A stretch of 64,000 bases of DNA from the NCBI GenBank assembly GCA_030059665.1, contig JANVYR010000001.1, forward strand, positions 544,001-608,000. Reading direction: 5' to 3'. The notes under the pieces are model-generated. The model made no database searches. It had not been told where the DNA came from and saw nothing but the letters and a program-made list of their open reading frames with translations. The position numbers and the translations under genes were made by a program. The first letter of the stretch is position 1. Each line of letters opens with the position of its first letter. This document shows positions 47,369 through 55,711 of this stretch, one piece after another. Source of the stretch: Candidatus Calditenuis fumarioli. GTDB taxonomy: Archaea > Thermoproteota > Nitrososphaeria_A > Caldarchaeales > Calditenuaceae.

Positions 47369-48259
47369 TCAGAAGGTCAGCTCCAGCTGGCGCTCGAGCC
47401 TGCGCTTCTGGGTCAGGTACTCCTCGTGGGCCAGCTCGCCAACCTTGTATCTCACCTCGAGCTTCAGGATCTCCGTCCTGATCCGCTCGTACTGCTTGAC
47501 GAGGTCCTGCATTGCGTCCAGCAGCGCGTTCAGGTTCCCCACGACCCTCTCGACGAAATCCTGGGGGAGCTTCAGCTGAGGTCCCTTCGCCTTGACGTCG
47601 TCTATCAGCTTCAGGACGTCCTCCCTGAACTTCGGTATGTCGCCTATCTTGATCTCGATCGGGTTCTGCAGGACCGCGAGCTTGGGCTTGAGCTTGCCGA
47701 GCTCGTTGTCGATCTCGATCTTCTGCCGGATGTACTCGCGCTGGGAGATCTCGCTGACCTCGTGCCTCAGCTTCAGGGTCTCCAGCCTCTGCGTGAGCTC
47801 CTTCATCCTGCTCTCGTACCGTGCGATCATCTCGAGGCGCTTCTCGTTGAGGGCCTTGATCCTGGACTCGTAGTCCGAGTAGATCTCCATGAAGATCTCC
47901 GGCGTCGACTCGCCCTCGAGGAAGAGGTTGATCAGCTTGATCTGCCAGTTGTAGAGCTTCGATAGCTGCTCAACAACCCGCCTCTCCTCAGCGATGTCCT
48001 CCCCAGTTGCCTCTTTCGTCTGCTCACCGGTCTGCACCGTCTCGGCTGCCTGGGACCTCTGCTCCGACGGACCGATGGGGGTCGTCTGTCCGGAAGCGGC
48101 TGTCGCGATAACGGGCTCAGGTTGGACGACCTGCTGTGTGACCGGGGTCGTTGCCTGTGTCGGTGGGGCCTCCAGCTCCTTGCCACAGTTCATGCAGTAC
48201 TTCCCCTTGATCGTCAGCTTGCCGCAGTGCGGGCATACGACCCTTCCGAGCACCGCCAT
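47369..48259 (-). CDS. double zinc ribbon plus CdvA-like coiled-coil protein
   Basis: CPHC/CMNC, Q/T/P linker, then three (G/S)E(I/L/S)xxxxY/F helical-hairpin motifs in a coiled coil. Confidence 0.55.
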   Translation of the reverse strand: MAVLGRVVCPHCGKLTIKGKYCMNCGKELEAPPTQATTPVTQQVVQPEPVIATAASGQTTPIGPSEQRSQAAETVQTGEQTKEATGEDIAEERRVVEQLSKLYNWQIKLINLFLEGESTPEIFMEIYSDYESRIKALNEKRLEMIARYESRMKELTQRLETLKLRHEVSEISQREYIRQKIEIDNELGKLKPKLAVLQNPIEIKIGDIPKFREDVLKLIDDVKAKGPQLKLPQDFVERVVGNLNALLDAMQDLVKQYERIRTEILKLEVRYKVGELAHEEYLTQKRRLERQLELTF

Positions 48260-48348
48260 CCCTTTTCCCTCTGCGTTTCCGAATCCCTCATATGCTATAT
48301 ATTTTCCACTGGGACGCCTCCCGGACCGGAACCGGGATATCCTCCGTG

Positions 48349-49767
48349 TTATCCTCTGGGATTACGCAGTGAATTGATCTCCTCCGCGAGGGCCGCCATG
48401 CCCCTCTCCAGCTTCTCCAGCGAGTCGCCGACGCTGAGCCGGAAGAACTCGCGGTAGTCGCCGAAGACGGTTCCGGGAGCGACGGCCACGCCCCTCTTCC
48501 GGAGCAGGTCGAGAGCGAACTCCATCGGGTCCCTTCCGCCGAGCGGGATCCTCGGGAAGACGTACATCCCTCCTCCCGGCCTGACGTACTCCGCGCCGAT
48601 CGCGTCGAGGTACCTGCAGATCACCTCGATCCCCCTCAGCATGTGATCCCGGTAGGCCCTCGGGGTCTCCCTGTCGGAGAGGGCCTTGAGCGCCGCGACC
48701 TGGACGAACTCGGGGACGCACGTGAGCAGACTCCCCTGCAGCTTGGCCATTCTCTCCGCGACCTCGACCGGTGCGACCGCGTACGCTATCCTGTAGCCCG
48801 TCATCCCCCAGCTCTTGGAGAAGGACATGATCATTATGACCCGCTCGTAGCCTGCGGAGAGGGCCGTCACGTGCTCACCGAAGGAGTAGTCCATGTAGAC
48901 CTCGTCGCTGATGACGTAGAGGTTCCTCCTGCGAGCCACCTCCACCAGCTCCTGAAGCAGCTGCCTCCCGACCACCGCCCCCGTCGGGTTGTTGGGGTAG
49001 TTCAGGACCATCAGCCTCGTCGAGTCCGACGTCAGGTCCTCGAGCTTCGCCGGGTCCGGGAGCCAGCGGCCCTCGAGGGAGGTGCTGTGGACGACGGCCC
49101 TACACCCGAGCATCGAGATCACCTGCTTGTAGTGGGGCCAGGAGGGGTCGATCACCAGCGCCTCGTCGCCGATGGAGAGCGTGGCCGCCATCGCGAGGTA
49201 GATCCCGAACCTCCCTCCCTGCGTGACGACGACCTGCTCCGGCTTCACGTCGACGCCGAACCTCTCGTTCAGGTCCTCAGCGATCGCCGACCTCAGCTCC
49301 GGAAGCCCGTGGGCCTCTCCGTAGAACGCGTACCCCTTCAGCGCTGCATCGGTCAGCTGGGCCGCGATGTGCTCCGGCGCTCCGAGCGTCGGCTCACCCA
49401 CCTCCATGTGCACGACCTCCCTACCCTCCCGCTCCATCCGCTTGGCGAGCCTCATCAGGTCCATGTGCGTCATCCCCTGAGGACCCTGTCCTTTCGCCTG
49501 GATCTCGGTTGATCTCCTCAGAAGTAGCGTCAGAACCCTCATGACCGTCTCGACGTCGAGCCCCAGCTCCGCCGCCCGACTCACCACCGCTTTCCTCAGC
49601 TCCCTCTCGACCTCTGGGTTGACGATCCCCTCGCCCGATCCGGACTTGAGGGCCGCGACCTCCCTCACGAGCTTCTCCCTCTCGGCCATCAGCTCGAGGA
49701 TCCTCAAGGTGACCTCCCTGATCCTCTCCCTGAGCTCGGCGATCCCGCCCCCTTTCTCGCGCTCCAA
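48349..49767 (-). CDS. chorismate mutase-class I/II aminotransferase fusion
   Basis: N-terminal ELRERIREV...ERE..V..V..LK...NPEVE (AroQ); C-terminal GEP, NYPNNPTG, DEVY, SFSKSWGMTGYRIAY. Confidence 0.8.
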   Translation of the reverse strand: MEREKGGGIAELRERIREVTLRILELMAEREKLVREVAALKSGSGEGIVNPEVERELRKAVVSRAAELGLDVETVMRVLTLLLRRSTEIQAKGQGPQGMTHMDLMRLAKRMEREGREVVHMEVGEPTLGAPEHIAAQLTDAALKGYAFYGEAHGLPELRSAIAEDLNERFGVDVKPEQVVVTQGGRFGIYLAMAATLSIGDEALVIDPSWPHYKQVISMLGCRAVVHSTSLEGRWLPDPAKLEDLTSDSTRLMVLNYPNNPTGAVVGRQLLQELVEVARRRNLYVISDEVYMDYSFGEHVTALSAGYERVIMIMSFSKSWGMTGYRIAYAVAPVEVAERMAKLQGSLLTCVPEFVQVAALKALSDRETPRAYRDHMLRGIEVICRYLDAIGAEYVRPGGGMYVFPRIPLGGRDPMEFALDLLRKRGVAVAPGTVFGDYREFFRLSVGDSLEKLERGMAALAEEINSLRNPRG

Positions 49768-49865
49768 CCCGCCGCCGGGTTGCAGTCCTTCAATAAAAGC
49801 ATCCCCGGGTGAGGCGCAGCCCTGGGCGAACCTTCTCATACCCCACACGGCATCTAAGGCCGGGG

Positions 49866-50093
49866 ATGAGCGAGCTCTCGACGGCACCGATGCACAGGCT
49901 CCTGAAGAAGGCTGGCGCGGAGCGAGTGAGCGAGGAGGCCGCGGAGGAGCTGAGGAGGGTCCTCGAGGAGGTGGGGATCATGGTCAGCAACGAGGCGATA
50001 CGGAGGGCCCTCGCCGCGGGCAGGAAGACCGTGCGGAGGGAGGACGTGAGGGAGGCGGCCCTGTCGCTGATACCGAACATCAGGCTGGACTGA
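49866..50093 (+). CDS. archaeal histone
   Basis: APMHRLLKKAGAERVS...GRKTVRRED histone fold; ATG at 49866. Confidence 0.93.
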   Translation: MSELSTAPMHRLLKKAGAERVSEEAAEELRRVLEEVGIMVSNEAIRRALAAGRKTVRREDVREAALSLIPNIRLD

Positions 50094-50208
50094 GGCCCGA
50101 TCGTCGACACGGCTGGCGGAGCGGGATCCCGGTGGAGGCCGGGCGCCGTGTGAGAGAACTCGCACCGCACGTCTATTAGGACCGCAGTGAAGCGTATGAT
50201 CGCAGGCC

Positions 50209-50817
50209 TTGGTCAGGGTTATCGTCACGGCGGTCCCCGGCTCCGGCAAGACGACCGTTTTGAACATGGTGAGGGAGAGGGCGCCCGACGTGACCGTGAC
50301 CAACCTCGGAACCGTGATGTTCGAGATCGCTAGGGAGCGGTACGGCGTCGCCAACAGGGACGAGATGAGGAAGGTCATCCCGGTCGAGGATTACAGGGCC
50401 GTCCAGATTGAGGCGGCCGAGAGGATCGGCAGGATGGAGGGGAAGGTCCTGATCGACACGCATGCGCTGATCAAGACCCCCGTGGGATACTACCCGGGGC
50501 TGCCTCCGCCGCTGCTGGACGCGATCAGGCCCCACGCGATCGTCTTCCTCGACTTCAGGCCGGAGGACATACTCGAGCGCAGGAGGAAGGACGAGGACGT
50601 CCTCAGGAGCAGAGGTCTGGAATCGCTGGAGGAGATCGAAGAACACCAGAGGCTGAGCGAGATGGCCGCAGTCGCAGCAGCGAGCTACTCCTCCAGCTAC
50701 TTCCTCAAGCTCTCCTGCAGGTACCCTCAGAGCTACCCGTTCCAGCACGCTGAGGAGCTCTCCGCTAAGCTGATCGATTACCTCGCGAGGCTCGAGGCGA
50801 TGTCCAGCTCTACCTGA
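50209..50817 (+). CDS. adkA: archaeal adenylate kinase
   Basis: VTAVPGSGKTT, NLGTVM, RDEMRK, IDTHA, YYPGLP. Confidence 0.9.
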   Translation: MVRVIVTAVPGSGKTTVLNMVRERAPDVTVTNLGTVMFEIARERYGVANRDEMRKVIPVEDYRAVQIEAAERIGRMEGKVLIDTHALIKTPVGYYPGLPPPLLDAIRPHAIVFLDFRPEDILERRRKDEDVLRSRGLESLEEIEEHQRLSEMAAVAAASYSSSYFLKLSCRYPQSYPFQHAEELSAKLIDYLARLEAMSSST

Positions 50818-51628
50818 ACCCGAAAGGCAGCTTCAGGTTCCAGCCCGAGACGTCCTGCTCCTCCAGCTTCCTCCCGGAGATCACGAAGACCGTGTGGCCC
50901 CTCGTGACGTGGACCGGTCTCGTCGCACCCTCCCTCACCCTCCACGGCCTTATCATCAGCTCTCCGACGAAGAGATCGATGATGCCGTTCCTCCGCATCG
51001 CCACGACGGACCGCTCCAGCTGGTTGACCGACGGGACGATCGAGACCAACACCCCACCTCCCTTCAGGCACCTCCTCGCTGCGGGCATCACCTCCCACGG
51101 CTCGGGGACGTCGGCGACGAACCCGTCCGCTCCCTCGACGTCGGCGTCCCTCAGGTTCCCCCTCCTCAGCTCCAGGGCCTCCTGAACCCCCAGCCGCTCG
51201 GCCGCCTTCCTCACCGCGGGGAAATACTCGTCGGAGAGGTCGTAGCTGATCACCTTTCCTCCGGGATGGACTCGTGTGGCCAGGTAAAGGGCCAGGACGC
51301 CGCTTCCGGTACCTCCCTCGACGATCACCGATCCGGGCCTCGCGTCGAGAAGGAACGCCATCAGCCCTAGGTCCTTCGGGTAGACGATCTGGGTCTTCCT
51401 CGGCATCGAGGCCAGGAGGTCGTAGACCTGAGGGTAGAGGATCGCGACCTTGGTGCCGGTGCTGGTCTCCACCACGGAACCGTAGGGTTTCCCGACGAGC
51501 TCGTCGTGGCCGAGGACGCCGTCCTCGGAGTGGAAGCGCTCGCCCCTCTTCAGGGTGATCAGGTACCTGTTGCCCTTCTCCGTCAGCAGCAGCACCCGGT
51601 CGCCATGGGTGGGTGACCTCAGCTCCAA
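50810..51628 (-). CDS. trmI: tRNA (adenine-N1)-methyltransferase
   Basis: RKTQIVYPKD, EGGTGSG, DVPEPW, HTVF. Confidence 0.92.
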   Translation of the reverse strand: MELRSPTHGDRVLLLTEKGNRYLITLKRGERFHSEDGVLGHDELVGKPYGSVVETSTGTKVAILYPQVYDLLASMPRKTQIVYPKDLGLMAFLLDARPGSVIVEGGTGSGVLALYLATRVHPGGKVISYDLSDEYFPAVRKAAERLGVQEALELRRGNLRDADVEGADGFVADVPEPWEVMPAARRCLKGGGVLVSIVPSVNQLERSVVAMRRNGIIDLFVGELMIRPWRVREGATRPVHVTRGHTVFVISGRKLEEQDVSGWNLKLPFGFR

Positions 51629-51673
51629 CTCCCCTTCTCGTGACCCGGGCTCTCTTTAAAACCGGAACGCGGC

Positions 51674-52936
51674 TCAGACCTCGTATACCGCTCCTAACTC
51701 GGGATCCACCGCCTCCGTTCCGAGCTCCTCCCGCGCCCACCTTGCCAGCTCCGCGCAGGACTCCGGCTCACCGTGCACCGCGAAGACCCTCGCGCCCTCC
51801 GCGGTCCTCCTCAGGTAATCGTGGAGCTCCTTCCTTCCCGCGTGACCCGAGAGCCTGAACTGGGAGACCTTGGACCTGACGGTGACCGATTCGCCGTCCG
51901 CCTCGAGCACCTTCCTGCTGAGGACCGCCTCGCCCGGCGTGCCCGGGACCTGGAAGCTGACGAAGGTTATCGAGGAATCCTCGCGCTCCGCGACCGCCCT
52001 GGCGTAGTAGACGGCAGGCCCTCCCTGGAGCATCCCGGCCGGGGAGATCACGACCGCCGCCTCACTTGACAGGCGCTCCCTCATCCTCCTTCCCCTCACG
52101 TACCTCACCCTCTTCACGGCCTGGCCGAGCAGGTCAATCCCGTCGACGAACTCCTCCAGCTCGAGGTAGAGGTTGGTCAGCTCCTTAGCCATCCCGTCCA
52201 TGTAAACGTCGTGCGGGAAGTTCAGGGCCCTGAGGATCATCGCCACCTCCTGGGACCGGGAGACCGAGAAGGCCGGGACCAGAGCCGTCCCTCCCGACTC
52301 GACCGTCTCCCTCAGCTGCTCCACGAGCGCCCTCTCCAGCTCCCTCCTCGGCTGGTGGTCCTCCCTCGCGTAGGTCGACTCGGTTATCACGACGTCGAAG
52401 CCTCCCGATGGAACGTCGGCACCGTCCATCAGCCTCGTCTTGACGGTGGTGAAGTCGCCGGTGTAGAGCAGCGTCTTGTCCGAGTTCAGGATCACCTGCG
52501 CGCTCCCTGGGATGTGGCCGGCGTCGATCAGCTCGATCTCGACGTCCTTGACCCTCACCGTCTCGTTGAAGTTGACGCGCTCCCCCTTCCCGAGCGCCTT
52601 CCGGACCTCTAGCTCACCGAAGAAGAGCCGGTCGCCGTTCAGCTTGATCATGTCGTTGAGCAGGTACTCCGACTGCCGGTACGTGGCCTCGGTCGCGATC
52701 AGCCTTGGGCTGGCGCTGACGAAGAGCATAGGGATCGCTCCGGAGTGGTCGAGGTGCGCGTGCGTCAGGACAACGGCGTCCAGGTCCTTCGGCGACACGT
52801 GCATCGGGAAGTGGATCTCGTCCTCCGGGTCCACCTTCACCCCGTAGTCCAGCAGTATCCTCGCTCCGCCCTTGCTCTTGACGAGTATCGCTGACCTTCC
52901 CACCTCTCTGGCCCCTCCGAGGAACCTTATCTCCAT
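51674..52936 (-). CDS. beta-CASP MBL ribonuclease (aCPSF2-like)
   Basis: GGAREVGRS, THAHLDHSG, AGHIPGS, ESTY, SGHAG, VHGE; no KH domains. Confidence 0.88.
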   Translation of the reverse strand: MEIRFLGGAREVGRSAILVKSKGGARILLDYGVKVDPEDEIHFPMHVSPKDLDAVVLTHAHLDHSGAIPMLFVSASPRLIATEATYRQSEYLLNDMIKLNGDRLFFGELEVRKALGKGERVNFNETVRVKDVEIELIDAGHIPGSAQVILNSDKTLLYTGDFTTVKTRLMDGADVPSGGFDVVITESTYAREDHQPRRELERALVEQLRETVESGGTALVPAFSVSRSQEVAMILRALNFPHDVYMDGMAKELTNLYLELEEFVDGIDLLGQAVKRVRYVRGRRMRERLSSEAAVVISPAGMLQGGPAVYYARAVAEREDSSITFVSFQVPGTPGEAVLSRKVLEADGESVTVRSKVSQFRLSGHAGRKELHDYLRRTAEGARVFAVHGEPESCAELARWAREELGTEAVDPELGAVYEV

Positions 52937-53076
52937 CCCTCGCTCACTTTCCCGTTAATCCTGCCCGTCCATCAACAACCACAGTAATAAACTGAGCGGT
53001 TAAGCGGGGGACGTCACGTGCTTCGGGAGCTGGAGCCTGTGGCCCGGGATCTGATGGGCGATGGGTCAGCGGGCGG

Positions 53077-53280
53077 TCACTTCTTCGAGGAGAGCCACCA
53101 GGTCAGGTACTCGTCCTTCCAGCGCTTTGCTCGTTCCTGTCTCTCCCTCTCCGCCCTCACCCTCTCGGTTGCCTCAAGCAGCTCCTGGAGGTTCATGACG
53201 GTGCCGCACGACGTGCAGACGTACTGCTTCACCGAGCGCTCGTAGACCATCGTCCCACCGCACTCGGGGCACGGCCTCAT
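53077..53280 (-). CDS. small zinc-ribbon protein
   Basis: CPECGG...CTSCG followed by a helical tail ending WWLS. Confidence 0.7.
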   Translation of the reverse strand: MRPCPECGGTMVYERSVKQYVCTSCGTVMNLQELLEATERVRAERERQERAKRWKDEYLTWWLSSKK

Positions 53281-53348
53281 CCACGCTCGCCTCCCATCAG
53301 CAGGTTTTGAGTCTTTTGCAGGTCGACCGGCGCGTGGGCTCGTCCCTC

Positions 53349-54290
53349 TCAGTACATCTCACGGAGCACGTCCTCGGGCAGGAAGGCCCGCTCGATCTCC
53401 CGATAGCGCTCTATCCCGACCAGGGAGTGATGGTCTGAGGTGGGAAGCCCCTCCTCGAGCTGCTCCAGCTCCCACTGGGCCTCCTCCTGCCGCTCAAGCA
53501 GAGCCTTCGCGAACCTGTATACCGCGGCCATCTCCGCGTGGAGCGCCCCCATGCTCACGATTATCAGCTTGTAACCCCTCGAGGCTATCTCCCGGAATCT
53601 GAGTCTGCTCCTCGATTTCGTCCATCTGAAGCTGGAGGAGTAGTTGAAGAGGAGGGGAACGTCCGGGTGCTCGGCCCTCACCCGCTCCGCGAAGTCCCAG
53701 GCCCTCTCGTCGTCAGGTCCCGTGAACTCGGCCCAGAGGACGTCAGCTCCGGCGTCCGCGAAGGCGATCGCCCTCCTGACGGCCTCCTCGAGCGTTCCTC
53801 CCTTCGTGCCCAGGACGTCGGTCCTCGCTATCAGGACGAAGTCCGGGTCGACCTGGTCGCGGGTCCTGCAGAGCGATCTCACCTTCAGCACCGCCTCCTG
53901 GAAGGGGAGCACGGTCTTCCCGGCAAGGTGGCCGCACCTCTTCGGGAACCTCTGGTCCTCCACGTGGATCGCAGCCACCCCTGCCCTCACGAACTCCTCC
54001 ACCGTTCTGGTGGCCGTGACGGCGTTGCCGTAGCCGTCGTCGGCGTCCGAGATCACAGGTATCCGGACGGCCCTCGCCACCCTACCGGCGAACTCGACCA
54101 TCTCGGTCATCGTCAGGAACCCGATGTCGGGCCTCGTCAGGTACCCGATGGAGCAGGAGTAGCCGCTGACGTAGGCGACCTTCAGCCCCACCATCTCGAG
54201 TAGCTTCGCCTGAATGGGCGTGTAGACGCCGGTGGTCCAGACGTACTCCTCCTTCCTGAGGAGGTTCCGCAGCTCCCTCGAGCTGTCCAC
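53349..54290 (-). CDS. isocitrate lyase/methylisocitrate lyase family enzyme (ICL-like)
   Basis: SDADDGYG, HVEDQ, KRCGH, ARTD, FNYSSSFRW. Confidence 0.85.
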   Translation of the reverse strand: MDSSRELRNLLRKEEYVWTTGVYTPIQAKLLEMVGLKVAYVSGYSCSIGYLTRPDIGFLTMTEMVEFAGRVARAVRIPVISDADDGYGNAVTATRTVEEFVRAGVAAIHVEDQRFPKRCGHLAGKTVLPFQEAVLKVRSLCRTRDQVDPDFVLIARTDVLGTKGGTLEEAVRRAIAFADAGADVLWAEFTGPDDERAWDFAERVRAEHPDVPLLFNYSSSFRWTKSRSRLRFREIASRGYKLIIVSMGALHAEMAAVYRFAKALLERQEEAQWELEQLEEGLPTSDHHSLVGIERYREIERAFLPEDVLREMY

Positions 54291-54513
54291 ACCTTTTCCA
54301 ACTCGGGTCCGGCTAAAGCGTTACCCCCTCAACGCGTTGTCTCGATCCGTGGAGAGAGATCCATCGCACACGCTTTCCGGTGTTGGTGGAATGACCGAGC
54401 GGGTCGGAGGGTGAGAGTAGCGGCACTCCGCTTGGATCCCTAGCGCAACTGGAGGGAGCAAGAAACGCGTGACCTGATCACCGTTTATCCCGTGCCGCTC
54501 CAGGGCATTCAGG

Positions 54514-54813
54514 ATGGCCAGCCTCTCCGAGCTCCAGAGGATGATGGACCGGCTCTACGGCGACCGCGACAGGAAAAGGGGGCCCGAGCGGACGCTGCTC
54601 TGGCTCGTCTCCGAGGTGGCCGAGGTCGCGGAGGTCCTGATCAAGGGCAAGGCCTCTGGATCCAGCTACGAGGACGAGCTGGCCGATGCCCTGGCCTGGC
54701 TCCTCAGCTTCTCGAACCTGGTCGGCGTGGACCTGGAGTCGGCCTTCATGAGGAGGTACGGATCAGGGTGTCCCCGTTGCAAGCGGATCCCCTGCGTCTG
54801 CCCGGAGCGATGA
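54514..54813 (+). CDS. MazG-like NTP pyrophosphohydrolase
   Basis: WLVSEVAEV, ELADALAWL, CPRC..IPCVC. Confidence 0.88.
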   Translation: MASLSELQRMMDRLYGDRDRKRGPERTLLWLVSEVAEVAEVLIKGKASGSSYEDELADALAWLLSFSNLVGVDLESAFMRRYGSGCPRCKRIPCVCPER

Positions 54814-54846
54814 GGTCGTTCCGGATATCCGGTGAGCAGAGCCACC

Positions 54847-55650
54847 TCAGTCGGTGAGGAAGCCGCCGTCGACCGCGATCACGGCGCCGTTGACGTAGCT
54901 CGAGAGGTCGGAGGCCAGGAAAAGCACGACCCGTGCCACCTCGTCCGGCTCCCCCAGCCTGCCGAGAGGTACCCTGCGGAGGAAGCTCGCCCCCGTCAGA
55001 AGGAATCCGAAGTCGAGCCTCTTCAGCGCCTCGTTCCTCATCCTGTCCGCGCCCGGAGTTTTGATCCCGCCGGGCATGACCGCGTTGACCCTGAAGCCCT
55101 TCGGTCCGTACTCCCTAGCGAGCGCCCTCGTAAGAGCCAGCACTCCGATCTTGCTTATGCCGTAATGCACGAGTCCCCTCACAAGGTGGAGGACCGCCTC
55201 GACGGAGCTGACGTTGATTATGTTTCCACCCTGCTTCTCCCTGTGTTTTATCATGTGCTGACACATGTAGAACACCGACTTCAGATTGACCGCCATCGTC
55301 CTCTCAAGCAGGGCCTCGTCCACCTCGAGGAAGTCCCTCGACTGGTAGATGCCTGCGTTGTTCACCAGTATGTCCGGAGGGTTGTCGCCGATCTCGTTCC
55401 AGAGCGCCTCGATCTGTTCCCTCCTCGAGAGGTCGACGACGTGCTGCGTCACCTTCCTGCCGAACGTGCTGGATATTTCGGACGCGGCCTCGGCGAGCGC
55501 CTCCGCGTTGACGTCCACCAGCATCAGGTCCGCACCTGCCTCCGCAAGCCTCTCCGATATGGCCCTTCCTATGCCCATCGCCGCACCAGTGACAAGTGCG
55601 GTTCTCCCCTTGAGGGAGATGAGGTCTGCAATTGTTTTGCTGTTGTGCAC
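54847..55650 (-). CDS. short-chain dehydrogenase/reductase
   Basis: TGAAMGIG, NNAG, SS, YGISK (YxxxK), DGG; GTG at 55650. Confidence 0.92.
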   Translation of the reverse strand: MHNSKTIADLISLKGRTALVTGAAMGIGRAISERLAEAGADLMLVDVNAEALAEAASEISSTFGRKVTQHVVDLSRREQIEALWNEIGDNPPDILVNNAGIYQSRDFLEVDEALLERTMAVNLKSVFYMCQHMIKHREKQGGNIINVSSVEAVLHLVRGLVHYGISKIGVLALTRALAREYGPKGFRVNAVMPGGIKTPGADRMRNEALKRLDFGFLLTGASFLRRVPLGRLGEPDEVARVVLFLASDLSSYVNGAVIAVDGGFLTD

Positions 55651-55711
55651 GACTTCACACGTCCTGCGGCCTGCATAAGCCTTTTCATCCCCGGGGACAC
55701 AATAGAACTGG

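Noticed and set aside
54291-54513. Possible SRP or RNase P RNA in the gap (GGGAGCAA resembles SRP helix 8)
   Set aside because: The region is too short and lacks the CAGG/GNRA helix-8 pairing and the RNase P P4 motif.
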